In this document: in pieces, positions 29,329 to 37,123 of the stretch
Layout: every line of letters begins with the position of its first letter
Position numbering within the stretch: the stretch's first letter is position 1
Source: an uncultured Fibrobacteria bacterium
GTDB taxonomy: Bacteria; Fibrobacterota; Fibrobacteria; UBA11236
DNA length: 64,000 nt
Direction: 5' to 3'
Assembly (NCBI GenBank): GCA_963716395.1
Contig: OY970309.1
Span: 2,112,001 to 2,176,000, forward strand
Translations under genes and position numbers: made by a program
Notes under the pieces: generated by a model
The model's database searches: none
Told to the model about the DNA's origin: nothing
The model's input: the letters and a program-made list of their open reading frames with translations, nothing else

Positions 29329-31145
29329 TTAAAAGAGCCCGAGCACCCGGCCCTCGAAAAGTTCGATCAAGGTTTGCAAAATGGGTTCCCGGCGCAGCAG
29401 GGATTCGAGCCCGTCGGGCGCAGTCGCCGCTGCGTCGTGGGTCGCGGCTTCGGGATCGACGTCGAACGACAGGGTAAACGCCGCCGCGGCTCCCACTTCG
29501 CCGGCCAGAAAAACCTGGAGCGCGCGCTTGTTTTCCCCGTCGGCCAGAAACAAATCGCGTTGCGGCGCGTCGGCAAAGTCGATGGCGAGATCCGGCGGAT
29601 CGCCGGCGCGCAGGCGCAGGCGGCTGTGGTACAGCGGGCTGGCGGTCAACGGCTTGTCCGCGGCATACCGCTGCACCAGGGCGGGCCAAAGTCCGGGCAA
29701 GGCGTCCCAGGTCGGCGGCGCGGGGGGTGGGAAGGCGGTTTGATCCGCGGGCGGGGGAAATTCCGGGGCCGGCACATCCGCCGCCTCGGCCGAGGTCTCC
29801 AAAGACAATGGATCCGCTCCGTCGGGATTTAGAGCGTCCGGTTCGGCGTCTTCCCAAGGTTCGGAGACGGAGGAATCCAAAGGCCGGGCCGGCGGCTCCG
29901 GGGCGGAAGCATGCGCAGCCGTCGGCACGGCGGCCGTCGCTGCCGTCTCAGACGGTGTCAGGGCGCTTTTTTTTTTACCGGCTCGGCCGCGGAAGTTGAG
30001 GCGGGAACGGCCGAGGGCGCGGCCTCCTGTCCCAGCACTTGCGACAGGGTCACCACCCGATCCAAGGCTGCCAGACGCGCCAAGCCCAGTTCGACCCATA
30101 GGCGCGGATGTGGGGCGGTTTTGAGCCCCGCCAGCAAATCGGAGATGATTTTGGCGTAACGCAGCAAATCGCCGTCCTGCAGATCGGGCACTAGGCCGCG
30201 CAATTCCCGGAAGCGGGGCTCGCCCAGGCCCAGCATGGCGGGCGTAACTCCCTGGTAACGGCAGAACAAGAGATCGCGCAGGTATTCGCCGAAACCCAGT
30301 AGGAACTCCGTGATTTCCAAACCCTGCTGGTATACCTCTTCCAGGGCCGCGAAGGCCCCGCCCGCGTCCTGCGCGGCCAGGCTGTGCAAGAGTTGGTCGT
30401 ACAGGCGATCTTCGGGAATGCCCAGCACCTGGCGCGCGGCATCCAAGGAGAGCGCTTCGCCCGCGAACGCGTACACCCGGTCGAACAGGCTCAGGGCGTC
30501 GCGCATGCTGCCGTCGGCCTTGCGTGCGATGGCTTCGAGCGCTTCGCGTTCGGGATGCACGCCTTCGTGCCCGCAGATGAATTCGAGCCGCTCGCGGATG
30601 GCCGTTTCGGAAATGCGCTTGAAGTCGAAACGCTGCACCCGCGACAAAATGGTGTGCGGCACCTTGCCCGCTTCGGTGGTGGCGAAGACGAAGACCACAT
30701 GGGGCGGCGGTTCTTCCAGGGTTTTGAGCAGGGCGTTGAAGGCCGCCTTGGTCAGCATGTGCACTTCGTCGATGATGTACACCTTGTAGGCGCCCTGCAT
30801 GGGCGCGTACTTCACCTGTTCGCGCAATTCGCGCACATTGTCGACTCCGTTGTTCGAGGCCCCGTCGATTTCCAGCACATCCATGGACGCGCCCTGGTTG
30901 ACGGCCACGCAGTTTTCGCAGACTTCGCACGGCCGGGGCGTGGGGCCCTGCTTGCAGTTCAGCGCCTTGGCCAGAATGCGAGCCGCCGTGGTTTTGCCCA
31001 CGCCGCGCGTGCCCGTGAACAGATAGGCGTGGGCGATGCGTCCGCTTTCGAGGGCGTTGGCGATGGTTTTGGCCACATGTTCCTGCCCCACCATCTCGTC
31101 GAAATTTTTGGGCCGCCATTTGCGGGCCATCACCAGATACGACAT
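29329..31145 (-). CDS. dnaX: DNA polymerase III gamma/tau, split over two frames (gamma 31145-29958, about 395 aa; tau about 605 aa via a -1 shift at A10)
   Basis: ARKWRP, GTRGVGKT, IIDEVHML, NALLKTLEEPP. The zero frame stops after VKKKAP; the -1 frame continues with a Pro/Ala linker and a tau-like C-terminal domain ending EPILQTLIELFEGRVL. Confidence 0.9.
29967..29976 (-). other. A10 homopolymer: candidate transcriptional slippage or -1 frameshift site in dnaX
   Basis: Minus strand CCG GTA AAA AAA AAA GCG CCC TGA, exactly where the two frames meet. Confidence 0.75.
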
Positions 31146-32050
31146 CACTCGGCCTTGCGGTCGTGGCCGTCGAGGTAAACCGCCATGGTCACCTCGTTGC
31201 CCGGTTCGTTGTAATGGATTTCGTGAAAGGAGTGGCGGGCCATCAGCAGCCCCCGGCCGTGGCGGTTGAGCAGGTTGGATTCGTCCTTGGGGTCGGGCAG
31301 GGCGTGCCAGTCAAAGCCCTGGCCCTGATCGGCCACGAAGTATTCGATGCGGCGCAGATGCGGCAGCACGCGCCGGCGCACGGTGACTACCCGGCTCTTG
31401 TAGGGCTCGCGCTGCGACCGGTCGAGTGCCAGCGAGAAAAAGCTCGAGGCCTTGAGGGCGCGCGATTTTTCCTCGAAGGTGAAACCGAGATTGCCGTGCT
31501 CGATGGCGTTGGTGAGAATTTCGGAAAGACCCAGGATGAGATGGTAGCGGTTTTTCTCATTGGGCGGCACCAGGTCTTCGACCAGGGATTTGGCCACGGG
31601 CATGACCAGGGAAAAATCATTGGGAATAATCAGCAGGCGCTCCTCGTAATGCAGCGAGAACGGGTGATAGGTGTGGGTTTGGCCCGCCAGCAGCTTGACC
31701 AAGTGGTAGGCGAAATCCTCGGCCAGGCGGTTCGGATCGAGGCAGGCATACAGCCCCGCCTGCAATAGCTCGCCGATCTCTTCGGGCGTTTCGGAGCGGC
31801 GGATGCCGAGCAGGGAGATGTCGGGAAAGCGCTGCTTCAATTGGCGGATGTATTCGAGCTTGTGCGTCGACAGCGATCGCAGCGAGAACACGAAGGCCAG
31901 CGGCATGGACTGCACCAAGAGGCGCAGCGCATCGCCCCAATCATACGCCGACTGCATGGACAGGTCGTGATCGAGAATCACGTTCAGCAAAATTTCCTGC
32001 GCGGCCGCTTCCGGCTCCAGCAATAGCAGGGTTTTGGATTCAAGGCTCAC
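31145..32050 (-). CDS. Degenerate receiver domain fused to an RsbW-like HATPase (anti-sigma or serine kinase type)
   Basis: EILTNAIEHGN, DQGQGFD, HGRGLLM, YNEPGNEV. The N-terminal receiver-like region lacks the canonical Asp residues. GTG start after AGGAG. Confidence 0.8.
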   Translation of the reverse strand: MSLESKTLLLLEPEAAAQEILLNVILDHDLSMQSAYDWGDALRLLVQSMPLAFVFSLRSLSTHKLEYIRQLKQRFPDISLLGIRRSETPEEIGELLQAGLYACLDPNRLAEDFAYHLVKLLAGQTHTYHPFSLHYEERLLIIPNDFSLVMPVAKSLVEDLVPPNEKNRYHLILGLSEILTNAIEHGNLGFTFEEKSRALKASSFFSLALDRSQREPYKSRVVTVRRRVLPHLRRIEYFVADQGQGFDWHALPDPKDESNLLNRHGRGLLMARHSFHEIHYNEPGNEVTMAVYLDGHDRKAE

Positions 32051-32257
32051 GGACGGCGGAGTCTCCTGGCCGGATGGCGGCGGGAATTCGACTTCCGTCC
32101 TAAAGTAATTTTTCCCTCCCTTTCCGCCCGAGTCGGATTGACCTTGTTTTCCGGGATTCGGTGACTTTTTGACCTTGGGAGCGATTGAATTCGGCGGGCT
32201 TTGCCTTTCGGTGTTCGGGCATGCCATCATGGAGTGGGGCCCCGGGCCCGCTCGGCT

Positions 32258-32716
32258 ATGAAACGGTTCCGCTTTCACCTGCAATCCCTGCTCAAATTGC
32301 GGCGCTTCCAAGAAGAAGCCGCGCAACGCGCCTTGGGCGAAGCGCTGCGTCAGGCGCAGGCCCAGCGCGACGGAATCCGGGAGTTGGAAGACGAACGCGC
32401 CGAGATGTTGAACACCGCGACGGAACAGGAGTCATTCCTTCCCGCGGAACGTCAGCGCCTGTCGCTGTATGTGGGCGATTTGGACCGGCGCCTGCGCGCG
32501 GCCCGGGAAAATTTGCTGGCCCTGGAAAGCGTGGTGGCGCAGAAGCGCGAAGCCTTGCAAACCGCTTCCAAAGCGCGCAAGGCGCTGGAAAAATTGCGCG
32601 ATCGGCGGCGCGAAACCTTCGCGGAAGAGCGTCGGCGCCGCGATTACGCCAATGTCGACGAGGCCGTGCTCCAACGCTTCGGCCGGGATACTGCGATGGA
32701 AGCGTCCGGTTCTTAG
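32258..32716 (+). CDS. fliJ: Flagellar export protein FliJ
   Basis: MKRFRFHLQSLLKLR..EE.A...L, KALEKLR, C-terminal DE motif; coiled coil. Confidence 0.88.
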   Translation: MKRFRFHLQSLLKLRRFQEEAAQRALGEALRQAQAQRDGIRELEDERAEMLNTATEQESFLPAERQRLSLYVGDLDRRLRAARENLLALESVVAQKREALQTASKARKALEKLRDRRRETFAEERRRRDYANVDEAVLQRFGRDTAMEASGS

Positions 32717-32812
32717 CTTATCTCCGCTTCGCGTTTTCGTCCGTTCATAATATGTTTTAGCGCCGGTGGTGGCGTCGGGCCGGAATCTCCGGCGCCTGGG
32801 AAGGATTCCGAC

Positions 32813-33298
32813 ATGGCGGATTTCAGTCCGGCGATCGCGAAGACCCTGGCGCGCGAAGGTGGCGCCCGCTTCACCGATAATCCGGATGACCGCGGGGGCG
32901 CCACCAAATACGGGTTGTCGCAGCGCGCCTACCCGAATCTCGACATCCGCAATCTCACCGAAGCCCAGGCGCGCGACCTCTACAAACGCGATTACTGGGA
33001 TCGCCTGGGCGGCGATCAAATCGCGGATCAATCCGTGGCCGAGAACCTGTTCGACACCGGCGTGAACATGGGCGTGCGCACGGCCTGCCGCCTGGCGCAG
33101 CTATGCCTCAACCTTCCGGCCGACGGCGTCTGCGGCGCGCAAACCTTGCAGGTTCTGAACGCAGCCGACCCGCGCCTTTTTCTGGCCAATTACACCGTGG
33201 GAAAAATCGCGCGCTATGCGGGCATTTGCAATCAAGACAAATCCCAGTCGAAGTTTCTGCTGGGTTGGCTCAACCGCGCTTTGGGGGCGAACGCATGA
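32813..33298 (+). CDS. Glycoside hydrolase family 108 muramidase with C-terminal PG-binding domain
   Basis: REGG...NPDDRGGATKYGLSQ, YKRDYW, FDTGVNMG, KFLLGWLNR. Confidence 0.92.
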   Translation: MADFSPAIAKTLAREGGARFTDNPDDRGGATKYGLSQRAYPNLDIRNLTEAQARDLYKRDYWDRLGGDQIADQSVAENLFDTGVNMGVRTACRLAQLCLNLPADGVCGAQTLQVLNAADPRLFLANYTVGKIARYAGICNQDKSQSKFLLGWLNRALGANA

Positions 33299-33738
33299 AC
33301 ACCTTGGATTGGCTGGCCAAAAGCGCCGACGTCGTGAACGAAACCGGCAAAGTTTTGGAAAATTTACCGCGCACCGACGAGGATCGCGCCGAGGCCGACG
33401 CCGAAACCGGCAAGGCCGAACGGGAGTACGACTTGCAAACGGCCAAGATGATTTCGGATCAGAACCTGGCACAGGCCGACGTCGACAAGACCGAAGCCGC
33501 CACCGGCAATTGGTTCATGGCCGGGTGGCGCCCGGCCATCGGCTGGATCGGCGCCTTGGCCCTGGCCTATCAATTCCTGCTCTACCCGCTGCTAACCTGG
33601 TTGCCGCTGAAAAAAGGCCCGCCGCCTCCGCTCGACTACACCATGCTGTATTCGCTCATCACCGGCATGCTGGGCATCGCGGGCCTGCGTTCTTTCGACA
33701 AGCTGAAAGGTACCGACACCAAATCCATCGGCGATTAA
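33295..33738 (+). CDS. Holin, 3TM gene-transfer-agent release family (DUF3154)
   Basis: AQADVDKTEA...WFMAGWRPAIGW...GMLGIAGLRSFDKLKG; ATGA overlap with the GH108 gene. Confidence 0.88.
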   Translation: MNTLDWLAKSADVVNETGKVLENLPRTDEDRAEADAETGKAEREYDLQTAKMISDQNLAQADVDKTEAATGNWFMAGWRPAIGWIGALALAYQFLLYPLLTWLPLKKGPPPPLDYTMLYSLITGMLGIAGLRSFDKLKGTDTKSIGD

Positions 33739-33802
33739 CCATCGGAATTAAGCGCCCCGCGGCTGCCGGCAAGGGGCGATGGCCGAAGCCTATATTTCGT
33801 CA

Positions 33803-34156
33803 ATGCTCACCTTTTACGGATACAAGAAATGTTCCACCTGCCGCCGGGCCGAAAAAGCCTTGACCGGGGCCGGACGCAAATTCACCTTCGTCGACATCAC
33901 CGCAAAGCCGCCGTCTCAATCCGAACTGAAGCGCATCTGGGGGCAGACGGGATTGCCGCTGCGCAAGATTTTTAACACCAGCGGCGAGCAATACAAAACT
34001 TTGCGCATCAAAGACCGCCTCGACGGATTGAACGACGCGCAAGCCCTGGATCTCCTGGCCCAAAACGGCCGGTTGATCAAAAGGCCCCTGGTCACCGACG
34101 GCCGGCGCAGCACCGTGGGTTTCGATCCCGCGGCCTTTTCCGCCGTGTGGAAATGA
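33803..34156 (+). CDS. ArsC/Spx (YffB-like) family thioredoxin-fold protein
   Basis: YKKCSTCRRA, FNTSG, LIKRP, VGFD. Confidence 0.9.
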   Translation: MLTFYGYKKCSTCRRAEKALTGAGRKFTFVDITAKPPSQSELKRIWGQTGLPLRKIFNTSGEQYKTLRIKDRLDGLNDAQALDLLAQNGRLIKRPLVTDGRRSTVGFDPAAFSAVWK

Positions 34157-34163
34157 GGCCGCG

Positions 34164-35450
34164 GTGACGACGGCGACCGAACGTTCTTCCAAACTCGACG
34201 CGGCCTTGCCTCCGGCCTGGCGCGATGCGTTGCGCCCCGAGGATTGGGAAGCCTTGCGGCGTCTGGAAAGCGCCGGGCGTTTTTCTTTTCAGCAATTGCG
34301 CGAAACCGCGGCGTGGCTGCTCGATGCGCGCATGTGGGGCGACGAGAATATTCCCGCGCTGGCACGCCGCTTGGCGGCCGAAGGCGACGCGGGCCATGGG
34401 CCTTCCTGGCGCGACCGCGCTTTCACCGGTTTACGCCGGACGCATGCCGCCGCCGCCGCGCAACCCAAACGTTACCCCGGCGTTCCCGCCGCCGAAAACC
34501 CGCCCGCGGCCCGGTTCGAGGAAAAAGAGCTGCAAGGCCGCGTGTTCAAGCTGTGCCCCGCCGCCTCGGAGCGCGCGGTGTGCTGCAATCTGCATGTGAT
34601 CAACGTGGTGGAAAACTGCGCCTCGGCCTGCTCGTATTGCGTGCTGCAAACGCATTACGCCGATGCGCGCGTGGCCGTGCCCGTCAACCTCAAGGCCAAG
34701 CTGGCTGAAATTAGACTGAACCCGGATCGGCGCTACCGCATCAGCACCGGAGAATATTCCGATTCGCTGCTGTACGGCAACCGCAACGGCATTCTCGCCG
34801 ACCTGTGCGCCTTTGCAGCCGACCACCCCAATGCCGTGATCGAATTCAAAACCAAGTCGGCCAACGTGGCCTGGCTGCTCGACCACCCCGTGCCCGCCAA
34901 CGTGTGTTGTTCGTGGTCGCTCAACCCGCAAACCGTCATCGATGCCGAAGAGCACCGCACGGCGTCGCTGGTGCATCGCTTGGACGCGGCGCGGGCCGTG
35001 GCCGATCGCGGCCTGCGCGTGGGCTTCCACCTGCATCCCATGTTGTGGTACGAGGGCGGCGACGCCGAGTACGCGGCGCTTATTGCCGAACTGATTCGCC
35101 GCTTCGACCCCGGCGAGGTGCTGTGGGTTTCCTTGGGCACCGTGACCTTGCTCAAGGAATTTCTGTCCGCCTTCCGGGGCAAATACCGGCATTCCCAATT
35201 GCTGCAAATGGAGTTCGAGACCACGCCCGATGGCAAGCTGACCTATCCCTTCGCGGTGCGCGCCGACCTGTATCGCCGGGCCCTGAAGGCGCTTTGGCCC
35301 TGGCGCGATCGCGTGTTTCAATACCTGTGCATGGAACACAAGCCCATGTGGGAGGCGCTGTTCGGCTTCGCCTATCCCAGTATGCGCGCTTTCGACGACA
35401 CTTTCAACGACTCGGTGTTCGACAAGCTGGCGCGGCCCTCTCCGGCCTGA
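34164..35450 (+). CDS. Spore photoproduct lyase-like radical SAM protein
   Basis: CASACSYC (CxxxCxxC), RISTGEYSDSL, EFKTKSANV, WSLNP, EEHRTASL..RL.AA, GFHLHP, YLCME. Confidence 0.85.
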   Translation: MTTATERSSKLDAALPPAWRDALRPEDWEALRRLESAGRFSFQQLRETAAWLLDARMWGDENIPALARRLAAEGDAGHGPSWRDRAFTGLRRTHAAAAAQPKRYPGVPAAENPPAARFEEKELQGRVFKLCPAASERAVCCNLHVINVVENCASACSYCVLQTHYADARVAVPVNLKAKLAEIRLNPDRRYRISTGEYSDSLLYGNRNGILADLCAFAADHPNAVIEFKTKSANVAWLLDHPVPANVCCSWSLNPQTVIDAEEHRTASLVHRLDAARAVADRGLRVGFHLHPMLWYEGGDAEYAALIAELIRRFDPGEVLWVSLGTVTLLKEFLSAFRGKYRHSQLLQMEFETTPDGKLTYPFAVRADLYRRALKALWPWRDRVFQYLCMEHKPMWEALFGFAYPSMRAFDDTFNDSVFDKLARPSPA

Positions 35451-35471
35451 GCTTGGTGCGCGGCCGTTGTT

Positions 35472-35789
35472 TCAGGCCTTACGGCCTTCGGGATCGATTT
35501 CATTCAGCCAGGAGAGAATTCCGCCGGCGACGTTGTACCCGTTTTGATAGCCCTGCTTTTTCAAAAACTCCAAGGCTGTTCGTGAACGCCGGCCGGATCG
35601 GCAATACAGATACACCGGAACGTCGCGAGGCACTTCTTGCCAACGGCGATCGAATTCGCTGAGGGGAATGAGGCGGCCCGAAAGATTCACCTCGTCGAAT
35701 TCCTCCTGTTCGCGCACGTCGACGAGCACGACCGCAGGGTCATTTTCCAGGATATCGCTCAATTCCTGTACCGAAATTTCGTCTTGCAT
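35472..35789 (-). CDS. Single-domain rhodanese
   Basis: LVDVRE..EF, YCRSGRRS, NVAGGILSW. Confidence 0.92.
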   Translation of the reverse strand: MQDEISVQELSDILENDPAVVLVDVREQEEFDEVNLSGRLIPLSEFDRRWQEVPRDVPVYLYCRSGRRSRTALEFLKKQGYQNGYNVAGGILSWLNEIDPEGRKA

Positions 35790-35864
35790 GCTTTCTTCCC
35801 CGTTTTCGCCATGGCGGTATCATCCGCAATGCTGCAAAATACATCCGGGACCGGGCGAACAGAG

Positions 35865-35893
35865 TTGAAATCCCGGCCCGGGTGAATTAACTT
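35865..35893 (+). promoter_or_regulatory. Sigma70 promoter of rpsD
   Basis: TTGAAA-N17-TAACTT, about 40 nt upstream of the start codon. Confidence 0.5.
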
Positions 35894-35931
35894 CTGGTGC
35901 CTTTAAAACGCGGTTTTTTCAAGGATTGCTT

Positions 35932-36537
35932 ATGCCGGCAGCAGCCAAGGTCAAGATTTCACGAGCGCTGGGATTGGCGCTGACGCCCAAAGCGGCGCGC
36001 ATCATGGAACGCCGTTCCTTCACGCCCGGCCAGCACGGCCTGGCGCGCAAAAAGAGCCCCACGACCTACAAGATTCAGTTGCTGGAAAAACAGCGGCTGC
36101 GTTCGATGTACAACGTGTCCGAGAAGCAATTGCGCCATTACTACGAACGGGCGACGCACAGCCATGAATCCACGGGCACGGCTTTGCTGGTCTTTCTCGA
36201 AACCCGCGTCGACGCCGCCATTTTCCGCATGGGCTTCGCCCGCACCGTGTATGCGGCGCGCCAGTACATCGCCCACGGCCATTTCAGCGTGAACGGCCGG
36301 CGGGTGCATACACCCAGCCATCCGCTCAAGGTGGGCGACGTGATTTCCGTGAATGAGAAGTCGAAGAGCCACGTACAAATCATCGAGGCCATGACCCAGT
36401 CGGGCAGCGTGGTGGTACCGGAGTATTACGAAATCAACAAGGTCAAAATGGAAGGGCGTCTCATCGCCCGCCCCTTGCGCGATCAGATTCCGGTCAAGCT
36501 GGTGGAACAGCACGTGGTCGAATTTTATTCCAAGTAA
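35932..36537 (+). CDS. rpsD: 30S ribosomal protein S4 (Cys-free form)
   Basis: KISRALG, PGQHG, QLLEKQRLR..Y, LETRVD, ARQYIAHGH, VVEFYSK. Confidence 0.95.
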   Translation: MPAAAKVKISRALGLALTPKAARIMERRSFTPGQHGLARKKSPTTYKIQLLEKQRLRSMYNVSEKQLRHYYERATHSHESTGTALLVFLETRVDAAIFRMGFARTVYAARQYIAHGHFSVNGRRVHTPSHPLKVGDVISVNEKSKSHVQIIEAMTQSGSVVVPEYYEINKVKMEGRLIARPLRDQIPVKLVEQHVVEFYSK

Positions 36538-36637
36538 TTCCTCCGCTTCGCCCCGCAAAACCCGCCCCGGCCGTCGTGCCGGGGTCTCGCAATAGTCTTT
36601 TCTCATGAACGACCGCCGCTTAAAAGCGGTGGCTGGC

Positions 36638-37096
36638 TCAGCCGCGCTTGGCGTGGCGCTGGACGAAATCGCCGAATACCTGAATCTTGTAGCGCTTGAT
36701 CGAGAAGTTTTCGCGGTCGGCCAATTCCTGCAAAGCGCTTTCAAGCTTGGCGCTGGCCACCTCTTTCACCTCATCGGTTTGTTGGCCGATGAGATGCACA
36801 TGCGGCTTGCGGCCCAAATCGATTTCGTAATGCGTGTGGCCGTGTCCGAAATCCGACTCCGACAGCACGCCGGCCGCGACCAGATGGTTCAACGTGCGGT
36901 ATAAGGTGGCGCGCGATACATGGATGCCGGTGCGCTGCATTTCGTACAGCAATTCGTCGGCGCTGAAATGCGCGGGCTGGGTGAGCACGAATTCGAGCAG
37001 GGCCGTGCGCTCTTTGGTCAACAGCATTTTGTTCCGCCGCAGGAACTCCCGATAGCGGATGCTGGCGTCGGCCAGCCGCTCGCGCGCCGTGGTCAT
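36638..37096 (-). CDS. Fur-family transcriptional regulator
   Basis: TKER, HFSADEL, VSRATLYRTL, HTHYE, HVHLI; no CxxC motifs. Confidence 0.9.
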   Translation of the reverse strand: MTTARERLADASIRYREFLRRNKMLLTKERTALLEFVLTQPAHFSADELLYEMQRTGIHVSRATLYRTLNHLVAAGVLSESDFGHGHTHYEIDLGRKPHVHLIGQQTDEVKEVASAKLESALQELADRENFSIKRYKIQVFGDFVQRHAKRG

Positions 37097-37123
37097 GGCT
37101 GTTTAAGGTAGGAAGGGGTGAAG

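Noticed and set aside
29329-31119. 596-aa ORF as an independent gene overlapping dnaX
   Set aside because: The part upstream of the A run is off-frame shadow sequence; only the part after about 29976 is protein-like (tau C-terminus).
32813-33738. Prophage
   Set aside because: No other phage genes, integrase or att sites in the window.
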